Origin: Octopus bimaculoides
Taxonomy: Eukaryota
Assembly: GCF_001194135.2 (NCBI RefSeq)
Contig: NC_069006.1
Location: 16,850,374 to 16,914,373 of the forward strand
Length of the DNA stretch: 64,000 nucleotides
Direction: 5' to 3'
Positions 26,185-38,800 of this stretch are shown one piece after another. How positions within the stretch are numbered: position 1 is the stretch's first letter; each line of letters begins with the position of its first letter. Under the pieces are notes generated by a model. The model did no database searches. It had not been told where the DNA came from and saw only the letters and a program-made list of their open reading frames with translations. The translations under genes were made by a program, and so were the position numbers.

Positions 26185-29100
26185 TATATATATATATATA
26201 TACACACATATATATATGTATACATACATACATGCATGCATACATGCATGCATGCATACATACATGCATACACACACACATGTTTGTGTATATATACATG
26301 TTTCTGTGCATGTGTGTGATAGTTGCATAGTTGCAGTATCTGTTCTCGAAGTGTTGGTGGTGGTGGTTGTGGCAGTGGTAGTCTGCTTCATAACCCTAAC
26401 CCTACTTAACTTACACACCTGTCCTTTGTTCACAGTTTCATATCATTCTCGTTACAGGTTGTTTTCTATTCCACCAGAATATTCCAGTCAGTGAATTTAT
26501 CTGCGAAAGTGGCACAGATTGCCTCCATTTTGACTATGGTGCTCAATCTGATGATTAATTTTGTCTCAGCTTTCCTTGTTGATCGCCTTGGTCGAAAAAT
26601 CCTCCATCTAGCTGGACTGTCGGGCATGTTCTTTGCCTCTATTTTCATTGTGGTTGCTAGTGTTTTCAGGGTAAGACATATTATTTACTCAACCTCTCTC
26701 CTTCCCATTTAAGTGACTATCATTAGGTGCTAACAAGTGAGACCCGTCCCCTATTGGTTTGCTTAACTTGCTCCCTCAAATAACATTATAGCTTACCTTC
26801 CAAGAGACTACACTCCTTTAATTCTCCCCCCTTCCCCCAAAGATCTAAGACCCAAGACATTAGGTATTCACTCCTCATCACAGTTGGTCTTGGCTGAACC
26901 CTGTTGTAAACTCTGATGGTGGCAGTGGCAGCTGTTGTTGGTGTTGCTGTTATTATCATTATTAACTTAAATAAAGGGACACATTAATTCTTTAGCACTT
27001 AAACTAGTCATATCCAGTCAAATTTTCTGTCCATTTTATGTTCGAACCAGCCAGATCCAGCCTCATACACCTACTCTATGATGTCATTCTAAAGATGCAT
27101 AGTCAGATCATCAAAAGCTTGATGTTATGAAACAATGCACGATTACTTTAAAACAACATGAATAAATAAGCATTGCATTTGGGAGAATAATCTGAATGCT
27201 AAAGGGTTAAACTACATACTCCTAGATATACAAAAAGATAGGATGGTCATGGCTGGAATGTCTTGTATTCAAAGTTCTACTCAATCAGGGCTGACCTGAG
27301 ATTAAACAAAACCTTAACAGCAATAACTGTGACTACTGCAGTTACAAAGTGGCCAAGTTGGTAAATGGTTTGGATTTATGTGCACATAGAGCATTGTTTC
27401 AAATCTGGTGCAGGTGTTTCTTTGTTGAATTTCCTTTATTAAATCTGTGTCTACCAGAGCAGTTAAGGGAATGTTATCTGTGATAAGCTGGTTTTCCTGG
27501 CCAGGAGAAAGATTATATCACATTTTATTTACTGGGTCAGGTCAGACCTTGGCTAAACAATAATAACAACAAAATACGGTACTGAGATTAGATCTTATGA
27601 TCTATGAGTTGAAAGCAGTTTGTTAGCTAAAGAGATGTAGGATAGGATGGTAGGTACGGACAAGTTGATAAAGTGTCATGTTACTAATCATAAGTTATCT
27701 TGTGCCACCACAAGCTGAATTTTTTTATCCGGTCCTAACATCTATGACGACTTTTTCACCCTGTGTTTTTGTTTTGTCATGGGGTGCAACTTTGTGTCAC
27801 TATGACTTATCATAAGTCACCATGTGATGTCACAAGTTAAATAATCATTCACTGAGTCCTTCTATCTATGATCTTTCATCTCACACTTTGTTCTGTAAAA
27901 ATTTGCCAAGTTCTGCTATAAGTTATCACGAGTAGTCATAGTACTATTACTAGTCCTAAGATATTATGTGTAATAAATATTAATGAAAATATCGTCTAAA
28001 CAATTTGCTGTCTTTGTTCCTTAGGAGAAGTACAGCTGGATGTCCTACCTCACCGTTGCCTGTGTTTGTTTTTATATCATATTCTTTGCTATTGGACCAG
28101 GTAAGATGTCTTCACTTTCTACACATTTTCTGTTTTGTGCTGTTCACTTGTGTTATATACACTCCTACCTCTGTGTACAACAGCAATACACCTGACTTCT
28201 GAGTATCACAATAATATGATCTCTGTGTGTAACAATGATAGACACAACTTCTGTATGCAACATTTGATACACCTTGACTCTGCATACAGCATAGATAAAC
28301 CTTGACTCTCTGTATTGCACAGATATAACATGACTCTGTGTGCAACATAGATAAACCTTGATTCTGTGTGCATCATAGTTGAGAAGTGAAAGAAAAGAGG
28401 AGTCTGCAAATATGGTAGAAATATTTTTGAGAATAGACTAAAAGGATCTGCTGCAGTTTAGGAGGCAAGAGTTTGCTGTCTGTGATGACACACACATAAA
28501 ACTAAAGATTACCTACCAGATAACATAGACCCATTTGCACTATGTGTGAATAATAGACTGGACATTTTGATTGTGGGGCTGCTGGGTCAGAACTGACTTC
28601 TGGCTAAGTAACAACAACTTGCTAACTTAACCTGTGCTAACATATAGCTTTGTATTGTCTTACAGGTAGCATACCATGGTTCATTGGAGCAGAACTCTTT
28701 CTAACTGGAGCTCGGGAATATGCTATGAGTTTAGCTGTCGTTGCCAACTGGCTTGCTAACTTTGCTGTTGGCATTTGTTTCCCATTTATGGACGTAAGTA
28801 TCTCCAAACTTTTGGAATCATTATCCCCATTATTATCACTACAACCATCATCAGCATTATAACAATCACTACCATTATCATAAGCAACATCATTACCACT
28901 ACCATTAACACCATCAATATAATCATTATCATCATCAACATCACTACTATTAACATTATCATCATATGTGGTTACAGTTCTTACATACACACACACACAT
29001 ATATATGATTGATTCTCTTGTGAATGACAAATAAGTGTTCAGTAAGGTAAAGTGGTAATCATGCTCTATGGACACACATGTGTCTCTTGAGGCTTGCAGG

Positions 29101-30512
29101 TGCCTAACAAACCTTCTGGCAAAGGAAACAAGTTGAGGACCCAGTTTGCTTGTGGATCATTTCATTTTCTCACATTCAGGCTTAGTTGCAGCCATAATTT
29201 TAATATATTTTAGTTAGTATGTTTCTATATTATTATACTAACAATTCTGCTGCTTCTCTACCTTCAGTATTGATAAAATGAAGAAAAAAAACATAAATAA
29301 TAAGAAAGCATGTGATTTGAACTTTGAAATCTATGTTAGTTTAATTGTGATCTATTTTAGGTTCAACAGATAGAATTGACCTAATTAGGGTAGATAATGG
29401 TCAACTCTCTCAAGGACATTATATGTCTAATTGTTTGCTTGCTGCAGTAAACTGTCACTTGAAATTATTGTTGTTATTATTATTATTACTTTGATAAAAT
29501 AAATACCATTTGAACACCATGGTTGATGTAATCGAGTTGCCCCCATCTCCACAAAATTTCAGGCCTTGTGCCCTTAGTAGAAAGGATTATTATTATTATT
29601 ATTATTATGAAAACTCACAGCTTATTTTGCTGGGTATGATGGAAAGTGTCAGATGTCCACAGCCAGCAGTTGTGGACTCAACTACTGCCTCACATTTGCC
29701 TCTTCCCTCTGACTCAGGCCTCATAAAAGTAAAGACCTCATTGACATCACACCAAAAGGCCTCTGTGGGGTTAAGAGAAAGAGTGAATCTGAATCAAACA
29801 CAGACCGTCCCAAACTGGAGGCCCTAAGATATGATGATAAAAAAAACAAAATCTCACAACACCAATTAAAAAATACATCAACACCAACATTAACACCTTC
29901 ATCCAAGATAATCCAAATTTATAGACACATTCATGCCCACAAAAAACAAAGCTAAAAGAAATACAAAATGACCAACAGTCACACTTTTGGGTATGTACTT
30001 CCTTTATTAACTTCACTGTTGTTCAGAAAAACAACATTGAATTGATTGAGGAAGTAATTAACAAAAACATTGTAACAAGTGGGGAAGGTTTCACGGACTC
30101 TCCCTGAAAACTCCATCAGACATGATATTAATCCAAACATATGGATATGTATCTGTTTTTGAAACAGAAATTCCCCCAGGACATTGGAGGGTTTAGTAAG
30201 CAATCTTCATTTTCTTACTTTCTTTTGAATGATTATATATATATCATCATCATCATCATCATCGTTTAACGTCCGCTTTCCATGCTAGCATGGGTTGGAC
30301 GATTTGACTGAGGACTGGTGAAACCGGATGGCAACACCAGGCTCCAGTCTAATTTGGCAGAGTTTCTACAGCTGGATGCCCTTCCTAACGCCAACCACTC
30401 AGAGAGTGTAGTGGGTGCTTTTACGTGTCACCCGCACGAAAACGGCCACGCTCGAAATGGTGTCTTTTATGTGCCACCCGCACAAGCCAGTCCAGGGGCA
30501 CTGGCAACGATC

Positions 30513-30559
<47 letters not shown>

Positions 30560-31197
30560 GTGTGTTTGTGTGTGTGTATCAGGACTTGTCAGTGAACCAT
30601 TTCTTCCAGCCTGTGGTGTTTGAGATGCTTTTAGGGGCTGGGCCACTAACAGTGAAGTTCTTGACATTGGTGACAGGTGATGCCCATCAGGGTGCTTGGC
30701 TGTTCCAACACCTTAGTCTTGCCATCTCCCATGGTAATGTTGTGAGGTCATTAGCTTGCTTCAGTAGATTCTATTGAACCTTGTGGTGTGTGACTAATTG
30801 AAGCTCTTAGTGTTGAAATGATGTTTTTCTCTTTCTTTTTCCTTGTCTTGCTCTTTTTTTTTCTCTAATTTTATTGCTTATTATTTTTTTTTTTTGCTTT
30901 CTTCACTCATGTTTGTTTTCTTCAGTTTTGGATTTGTATTATAATGTGGTTTTGTATTATACATGTATCATATACACACATGTTATATATGTAACTATTA
31001 AATTTAACCATAATACCTGATTCTTATTATTTCTCTAGGTATACCTCAACAGTTACAGCTTCCTCATTTTCACTGGTTTGCTACTGCTCTTCATAGTTTA
31101 CACCTTTCTCAAAGTGCCAGAAACAAAAGGACGCAAAATCGAAGACATAGTAGCTGACTTCCAATCAGAAAACATACAGGAGCGTGTGTTAATATAG
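8397..31197 (+). CDS. SLC2A1-like: Class I facilitated glucose transporter (GLUT1/3-like, MFS sugar porter), 12 coding exons, 523 aa
   Basis: join(8397..8546,19532..19630,20152..20312,23506..23630,23998..24168,24517..24618,24996..25084,25438..25536,26458..26670,28025..28100,28666..28793,31039..31197) = 1572 nt. All introns are GT-AG with matching phases. Sugar-porter motifs: [72 protein letters not shown] sequon in the first external loop. Orthology to one specific vertebrate paralog cannot be assigned. Confidence 0.95.
10501..10899. mobile_element. ~400-bp inverted repeat of PLE-like pseudo-LTRs, each arm carrying a decayed hammerhead core
   Basis: gtattaatctttattttgta (10501-10520) pairs with tacaaaataaagattaatac (10880-10899) and the arms are complementary throughout. 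CUGAUGA at 10617-10611 (-) and 10785-10791 (+). PLE assignment is inferred from the inverted architecture plus the hammerhead. Confidence 0.6.
10933..11116. mobile_element. Short inverted-repeat element with a hammerhead-like core on the minus strand
   Basis: Arms 10933-10975 and 11076-11116 are reverse complements. Minus strand reads AGU-CUGAUGA(11020-11014)-GUCGC...GGUGC-AAAA-CC(AAU)GG-U-C-ACU. Confidence 0.55.
11197..11603 (-). mobile_element. tRNA-derived CORE-like SINE (family A), representative full copy
   Basis: Head ggcgcaggagtggctgtgtggtaag...gggttcgttcc, ccttgggcaagtg core-like block, internal (TA/CA)n, tail gactgaaacaag. Other copies or pieces at about 1203-1660, 2548-2836, 14486-14700, 17590-18040, 25606-25945, 35820-36030, 41290-41580, 47250-48100, 52130-52435, 61580-61715, 63680-63880. 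Confidence 0.85.
12478..12772. repeat. ~295-bp foldback (long inverted repeat with 9-nt spacer)
   Basis: ...ctgttcactgacaaaactt-tacagctct-aagttttgtcagtgaacag.... Imperfect pairing continues out to catggaagatgtttgtaagccattcaag / cttgaatggcttacaaatatcttccatg. Confidence 0.85.
18295..18521. mobile_element. piggyBac-like MITE, second family
   Basis: taa-ccctttcattac ... gtaacgaaaggg-ttaa. Confidence 0.6.
20508..20995. repeat. Compound (AAT)n/(GAT/GAC) microsatellite array
   Basis: About 490 bp of aataat...gatgac units. A second array lies at 21886-22020. Confidence 0.95.
20996..21885 (+). mobile_element. 5'-truncated R4/Dong-type non-LTR retrotransposon (restriction-like endonuclease clade) inserted in an (AAT)n array
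   Basis: [14 protein letters not shown]...[30 protein letters not shown] (CCHC knuckle), then an N-gap, then [19 protein letters not shown] (stop 21786-21788) and a 3' UTR. Confidence 0.8.
22180..22400 (-). mobile_element. Tx1/L1-type LINE reverse transcriptase fragment
   Basis: AKVLAKRL...[13 protein letters not shown]...[14 protein letters not shown] (RT motifs). Confidence 0.8.
22490..22680 (-). mobile_element. Mariner transposase N-terminal (HTH) fragment
   Basis: [15 protein letters not shown]...[24 protein letters not shown]. Confidence 0.75.
24712..24926. mobile_element. Mariner-derived MITE
   Basis: TA-flanked imperfect TIRs tacaagtgtgggctgaaaagtt / aaactttccagcatcccttgta. Confidence 0.7.
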
Positions 31198-32159
31198 ATC
31201 CAGATACACACACACACACACACCAGTCCACACACACACACACACACAATCTACCAACCCTTGAACAGAAGACACCCAGGAACGTGTGTTAATAAAAATA
31301 TGCACATGCTCTGCTACACCTTCAGCGGAGGATCTCAATTAGTGTCTGCTAACATACACCCTTGCCATGAACAGTGTTATATATATTTTTGAATTTTCTT
31401 TGCCAGTAAAACAACAAAAAAAAAACAACAGCTAGTACAAACACACAACACATATATAACCAAAATGATATATATATATGAACATAACACATACACACAG
31501 AGTTTTTCATCCTGTCAAAGAGATCAATTTAAAACTGTACACATTTTCATTTATATATTTTTCGGTGTGTGAGAGTATATATTTGCATGTTTGTGAAGTC
31601 TGCTAGAACATACCTCAACAATTTAGTTGTAACGAGATTCAGAACATGGGAATAATTGAGGGTTCTTTTAAACAACAGTTCTTTACCGATAACTCTGTGA
31701 TCAGGATTCTTTAGAGAAAGATTCTTCAGACAAGAATGCCATGAGGTGGAAGCTATGATGAGAAAAAAACAAAATTAATAATGAAATTTCTGTGATGAGG
31801 AAGGATGCTGTGAAACTGATTCTGCGACGACAATTACATCAGCCAATGTCCGTAGCCTGATAGTAACACCATCTTTAGGTACTCAAGTGATAAAATGGGG
31901 TTTATATATCCTTGTCTATGTGAGTGTGTATGTATCTATGTGTATATATATATATATAAGAGAGAGAATAACGCAGGTAAATAAAACTGCTTGTTTATTT
32001 GCATAATTATCTCCATATCTGCTCACCTGGATTCCTCTTATAGCCACTCTTTACCCCGTGGAATTAGCCCTCGATAAAGATTTTGGAGTGTGAGTTCACA
32101 TTATCTGAGTGCTACTGAGTGTTTTCTGTATTGAGCATCTTTGGGTCTTATCTATTGAT

Positions 32160-32422
32160 TCTGTGTGTGTGTGTGTTTGTGAGTGTATGTGTGCATGTGT
32201 GTGTATATATATGTATATATATTTATATATATATGTATATTTATATATATATATATGCATATTTATATATACATATATTATATATATGTATGTATATATG
32301 TATGTTTATATATATACATACATGTATATTTATGTTTATATATATACATACATGTATATTTATGTATATATATATGTATATTTATATATATATGTTTATA
32401 TTTATATATATATATCTAAATA

Positions 32423-32487
<65 letters not shown>

Positions 32488-32760
32488 NNNNNNNNNNNNN
32501 NNNNNNNNNNNNNNNNNNNNNNNNNNNNNNNNNNNNNNNNNNNNNNATATATATGTATGTATGTATGTATATATATGTTTATATTTATATATATCTATAC
32601 ATTTATATTTGTGTATATATATACATATATATATATTTATATATATATACACATATATATATATATGTGCATTTGGATATTTGTGTGTGTGTGTGTATAT
32701 GAAATGCATTTATATCTAGGTGCATGTATGTATATATATATATTTCTAAATGTATGTGTT
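32160..32760. repeat. Long (TA)n/(TG)n/(TATG)n microsatellite block, one of many in the window
   Basis: Read directly. Similar blocks at 19690-19950 (TATC), 34640-34950, 42490-42575 and 44000-44145. Confidence 0.95.
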
Positions 32761-33309
32761 TGAGTTAGATGAGTGTGTATGTGTGCTAGATAAGTGGTGT
32801 GCCAACAAAACACTATTATATAGAAAGTAACAATGCTTCCATAAAATACATATCTTTGTTCTCTTTCTGTTGTTGTTGTTATTTCATTATTCTTCCTGCT
32901 TTCCCCCCCCCCCCCAATCTCTCCTCTCCCATTGTTTGTTGGCCCAGTAGCTAGCACACTCGGTTAATAATTCAACTGTTATCATATCTGAAGACATTCC
33001 ACAATATTTTTTGTATGTGTAGATCATCATTCTTTCGTCATTTACTTGTTTCAGTCATTACACTGCAACCATGCTGGGACACTGCCTTGAAGAATTTTAG
33101 TTGAATGAATTGACCCTAGTACTTATTTTTATTATAAACCTGTTACCTATTCTATCGATCTCTTTTGTCAATCTGTTACTCTTCAATTAACAAATTCTGG
33201 TGCCTCAACTTAAGTACCTAATTCATCTGAATCAAATGTTTGCTATATATAGACATATATACATATATATATATATATATTCATACAATTTATCAAATAA
33301 CAATTAATT

Positions 33310-33668
33310 CAGTTCTATATTTAAGAGATGAGGAATTATTTACATTATTTACATTTGTCGGATATTTGTCCTCATCTTGTTTGTTGTTAACACAACGTTT
33401 CGGCTGATATACCCTCCAGCCTTCATCAGGTGTCTTGGGGAAATTTCGAACTTGGGTTCTCATTCCTAACGATGTNNNNNNNNNNTCCAGCCTTCATCAG
33501 GTGTCTTGGGGAAATTTCGAACTTGGGTTCTCATTCCTAACGATGTTACTATTATTATATTATTATTATTATTATTACTATTATTAATCAGGTCGCTGCC
33601 GTGAATCGAACTCGGAACCTTGGGGTTAGTAGCCCGCGCTCTTAACCACTACGCCAATGTAAATAATG
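33310..33668 (-). mobile_element. tRNA-headed non-autonomous retroelement carrying a hammerhead motif (SINE/retrozyme-like, PLE-type 3' part)
   Basis: A-box TGGCGTAGTGG (33656-33646), B-box GAGTTCGATTC (33613-33603), (AAT)n linker, hammerhead 33434-33389. Flanked by a 12-bp direct repeat taacaattaatt (33298-33309 / 33669-33680). Confidence 0.75.
33389..33434 (-). ncRNA. Minimal type I hammerhead ribozyme motif
   Basis: GACAC-CUGAUGA-A-GGCUG(GAGGGUAUAU)CAGCC-GAAA-CG-U-U-GUGUU: 5-bp stem I, 5-bp stem II, loopless palindromic ACGU stem III, GUU triplet. Confidence 0.75.
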
Positions 33669-34229
33669 TAACAATTAATTGTTTACAATAAGTGTTCAAA
33701 CTGATTTCTTCGAAACACTTTCTTACTCGGGAGACACATGATCTTTACACATTTCTGAGCATAGAGTTATTCCCTTTTATGGCTTCAATTTCTTGTGTGA
33801 TGTTATCTTTTAGTGCTTGTAATGTTCTTGGTCTGTTTGCATAAACCACTGTTTTAAGATGTCCACATCATCATCATCATCATTTAACGTCCGCTTTCCA
33901 TGCTAGCATGGGTTGGACGATTTGACTGAGGACTGGTGAAACCAGATGGCTACACCAGGCTCCAATCTGATCTGGCAGAGTTTCTACAGCTGGATGCCCT
34001 TCCTAACGCCAACCACTCCGAGAGTGTAGCGGGTGCTTTTATGTGCCATCGGCACGAAGGCCAGTCAGGTGGTACTGGCAACAGCCATGCACGAAATGGT
34101 GTATTTTACGTGCCACCTGCACAGGAGCCAGTCCAGCAGTACTGGCAACGGACTCACTCGAATGTCTTTTCACGTCCACATAAGAAAAAGTCTTGGAAAT
34201 GTATTATCCAAAAGACTGCACACAGCTTT

Positions 34230-34528
34230 CGTATAATGTGACAGAGCCCCCATCCTGTTGAAACCACATACCTCTTCGAATTGCTAATGGTACATCATCT
34301 TGGAAAGGCATAAGAAATGTTTTTTTAAGAAATGAAGGTATGACTCACCTGTTACTGTGTTTGGGAAGAAATAAAGACCAATTATCGTACTTCCCCATAT
34401 AGCCATCCACACCATAATCTTTAATAGTATTGGACGTGATGTGATAAATAAATGATCATAATCATGTTAAAGATAATACTTTTTTGTAAATTCTTTATGG
34501 GTCCAGACTTTTGCACAACCCTGTATAT
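34230..34528 (-). mobile_element. Tc1/mariner-superfamily transposase remnant with one TIR
   Basis: Minus-strand peptide IMVWMAIWGSTIIGLYFF..TVTGESYL.FL...MWFQQDG. Terminus tacagggttgtgcaaaag. Confidence 0.65.
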
Positions 34529-34533
34529 ATACA

Positions 34534-34638
34534 TACGAGGGGTGTATGAAAAGTCTTGAGCCCCACAAAAACATAACATGGTACAAGACTTCTGAGGAAG
34601 GTACAAGACTTCAAGGCTCAAAACTTCATACACCCCTC

Positions 34639-34642
<4 letters not shown>
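34534..34642. mobile_element. ~110-bp mariner-type MITE
   Basis: TIRs tacgaggggtgtatgaaaagtcttgagcc / ggctcaaaacttcatacacccctcgt. Confidence 0.75.
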
Positions 34643-34675
<33 letters not shown>

Positions 34676-34803
34676 CATACACACACATATATGTATATAC
34701 ACACATATATATACATACATATATACACATACATAAATATATACATACATGCATACATATATAGGATACATATAGATATATGCATATATATACACATATA
34801 TAG

Positions 34804-34834
<31 letters not shown>

Positions 34835-35196
34835 TATATATTCATGCATATATATATACAAACACATATTTGTAAGTATATATACATACACATACATTTA
34901 TATATATATATATATGTATATATACACACACACATACATACACAAACACACATACTAGATATATTTGCCAATGTTGTAGTTTGTATATGGTCGCATAACT
35001 TGCAAAAAATAGCAGCCAACCTTTGCATTTACACTCTGTGATTTTGAAAGAATGAAGTACTCATTGGATAATGACGTTCTAGATACACTATGTGCGATTG
35101 AAAGCACAGGATGTTCATGACTGAAACATCTTTGACTATACACCTGCAAGAACAACACTGACCAGCGACTGAATAACAACAACAACATCAATGGTT

Positions 35197-35777
35197 TTAG
35201 CTCTGCTTTTGAGAAACTTTGCTTGTTAGAAATTTATATCCGTTTTTAGTCTTTTCAAAAAAATAGTGAAGCATTTTGAGTAGACCCGTGTATTGTTTTT
35301 CTCGTGCCCACATTCCAACACCCTTCTTGTCAGCTTGTGTTTCGAACTTGATAAGATTTTCAAGATATTTGGTCTGTTTTGGATTGAGAGAGACATTTAT
35401 GTTCTCTTCAAGCTTGCTGGTCCCAGTCATTACCATTTTCTCATTGATATTCACCTTTCTCCATAGGAAACCCTATAAAATGATAAACATCAAGAATGAA
35501 AACAATGGTATGAACATCATGGAAGAACATGTACTGTAACAACGATGATGATGGTAATGTAACACTGAATGCAGATAGAAAAAGAACTAGCTTATTGATG
35601 GGTCTTCAACCATGCAACAATAAGCTAGCATGGAAGAACACACATTAGAGCAATAATAATAATGATGATGATGACAATGATAATGATGATGCTTGACATA
35701 AGTACCACCAAATGTAGATAGAAAAAACAGCTTTACAGACACTGCACCTATTATTTGCTAGTTAAAATGAAGGAAGT

Positions 35778-35828
<51 letters not shown>

Positions 35829-38800
35829 GTGTGTCTTTGTGCCTGTGTGCCACCACCGTCACTTGACAACTGGTGCTTGTGGATTTACGTTCCCCATAGT
35901 TGGCAAAAGAGACCAACAGAATAAGTACCAGGCTTAAAAAAGAGAAAAATAAGTAGTGGGGTTGATTCATTTGACCAAAAATTCTTCGAGGCAGTACTCC
36001 AGCATGGCCACAGTCTAATGACTGAAACAAGTAGAAATTAAAAAAAAAAAACCCATAATATATATGAAAACAAAACAAAATCAATATAAAAGTCAACACC
36101 GAAATGATTCTCACCTTTGTGTACACAATGCAATCAATTGATAGACCTCCATTTGAAATTCTTACTGGCTGGAACCAAATGTGTTTGTCCAATACATTCT
36201 TCAATAACCAAAGTCTACTCTGTGGACTTATTGATAGAAATGCTAACCGAATGGGGAGGCATGGTTTGTCTGAAGAAATAATGAGAGAAAGAAAGATTAA
36301 GCTTTAATCTTTTATTTGTTTCAGTCATTAGACTGTGACCAAGCTGGAGCACCACCTTGGAGAGATTTTTAGTCAAACAAATTGACCTCAGTACTGAGGT
36401 GTTTGTGTGTATGTATTTTTAAGTGAGTGATGTTACAAGAGTCCTAAAGATACCTACAGAACTTCCATTTCACTTAACGTAATGGAGGAGACCAGCATAC
36501 AGAACTCTGTTAAATACTTTTGACTGTATTTAACAAGAGTTCTGTATGCTGGTCTCCTCCACTACGTTAAGTGAAATCGAAGTTCTGTAGGTATCTTTAG
36601 GACTCTTGTAACAGCACTGAAGTTGTTTTAAATGCAAGTGCGAGGCAACATCACTCACTCTCACAAGCAAGTGACAGGTGGCAACTGTCGTTAACCCTTT
36701 AGCATTCAGATTATTCTGTTAAATATAATGCTTATTTATTCATGTTGTTTTCAATTAATCATGCATTATCTTGTAGCTTTGAGATTTTGATGATGTGTTT
36801 GTTTAATTTTAGAATGATATTGCTGGGTAGTTGTGAGAGGCCTGATATGGTTAGTTTGAACACAAAACAGGTAGAATATTTGGGCCTGATGTAGCCAGTT
36901 TGAAAGCTAAAGGGTTAAGTCACCTGTCAAACAAGTGAGAGGGAGCATTAGTCTTTAATCAGTTGGCCAAGCTAGTGAGAGATGGCAACAGTCCTCAATC
37001 AACCTATCTTTGCATTTAATTATTCCATCATTGCAAGTGAGAGATGTCAATAGTCACAGACATAGAAATATAAACAAAATTTAAAAGCATCCTTCTCTCA
37101 TGTTAAAGGAAAATTTTGAGACAATGAGAGAGCCTCCACTTAACCTGATAGAAATAGCAATTAAATTTTCCTTAAATCACACCATACTGAAATAAAGAAT
37201 TGGACACACTGTAAAATGTAGTTCTTTGGAGAGTTTCTAAAAAACAAGTCAGGGTGGTCATGGCTGGAATGCCTTTGAACATAAGTATGCTCAATTGAGG
37301 TTAAACAATAACGATATCTCCTTAAGCCCACAGCAAAAAAAAAAAAAAAGTCATTTTCTTCTCTGGTGCATGTAACTTACTGACCCCTTCAACCCCTAAT
37401 ATAGAATCCTCCCCACCAACCTTGATGCCATAGCAGACGGACAATTGGTTCATGATCAATCAATAGCTTCCCTTTCTCTTCAATTTTCTTCACTCTTCCC
37501 TGGAGTGTCACATTCTTCTGGATAAACTTTAATGGCACTTCTTCCACCTTAGAGAATTTGGAAAACTGAAGAAAAGAAAATATCATTATTATTACCATCA
37601 TCATCATCATCACAATTGTTACTGCATGGACATTTTTTCCTACAAATTTTCAGATAGATAGTTAGATAGGTACATAGGTAGGTAGATAGATAAGATAGAC
37701 AGACAGAAAAACAAATCAATTGATTGTCCTTTCAATACTGCCTATGTGGATTTTCACATCTTCTCAAGAATCAAATGTTTCAAAAAAATATACAATTTTC
37801 AGAATAACCGTGGAATTTCCATGGCTAAAATTCCCCCCGGGATGAATCAGTGAAGATGATTAGTGATATGGAATGAGTTGGATGCAGAAAATAGTTTAGT
37901 AGAGAGGAAATGAAAGAAGGAAATAAAGTAATACAGAAGATTGATGGAAGAGTGGGTGTTAGAAGATGAGCTGTGGGGGTCACCCTGATAAAAGCCCAAT
38001 TCTGCTGAGATGGATAGGTTTTCTCAAGCAGAACATATCACTGTTCGTTTCAGTATCCGAGGCTTAACAACTTGAGATCAGCCTTCACTGATTCATCTCA
38101 GAAGGAATTTGTTTGGTATTTCTAACAGGTTATGTGACCATGTAAAAATCTCCTTGGCTGGATAATTATTATTAATATAAGGTTGGCAAAATTGGTTGTG
38201 CATCACATAGTATTTAGTTACATCTTCATTTGGATAAACTAGAGCAAGCAGAGTTATGTACCTTGTTCACAGACAACGGGGGCAGTAGTGGTAATTTTGC
38301 TTGTGGCAATAATTATATTACTGGTGGTAGCAGTAGTAATGGTAGTAGTAATAGTAAAGGTGGTGGTTATGGTATATGAAATAGTAGTGGTTGTGATGGT
38401 ATAGTAGTCACTGTGGTGGTTGTAGTGAAATATTAGCAGCAGTGGTATCAGCAGTAGGAGTTGTGGTAGTGGTAAAAGGAACAGCAGTATTAAGATTTGA
38501 ACTGTTGACCATGGAATTAATAATCAGTCAAAGCACTATTTTTAGAGCCCACAACTCCCTTTGTATTTCAATTATTAATTATTAAAGAATGAGTAAAAAA
38601 CGTATAACAATGGAGAATCGTTAGCAAATTTGATTGTGGAATACTTACAGGCCTCAAGCTCCGTAGACAAAGAAACACTCCAAATGTTCCTATGCAATAA
38701 ATGCCAGTCTGTTGAAGAGAAGAGCAAACTTTGAGTTACAACATGTTATGGGAGTGTAAAAGTGCTAGAGAGGAAGAATATCTTTGGTAGAGTTCCTATC

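Noticed and set aside
33416-33546. Apparent tandem duplication of the hammerhead 5' half around the 10-N gap (would allow a dimeric ribozyme)
   Set aside because: Identical overlapping sequence on both sides of a 10-N gap also occurs at 1547-1556, which points to unmerged contig overlap. A real tandem copy cannot be claimed without reads.
33588-33656. tRNA gene
   Set aside because: The acceptor stem 5' strand is missing and the anticodon stem is mismatched. It is a SINE-type tRNA-derived head.
37375-37391. Strong GTAAGT donor downstream of an in-frame TGA in C3orf33 exon 3 (possible readthrough or selenocysteine)
   Set aside because: That donor is phase 2 and incompatible with the phase-1 acceptor at 36269. 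The upstream caag|gttggt donor at 37421 keeps the frame without a stop.
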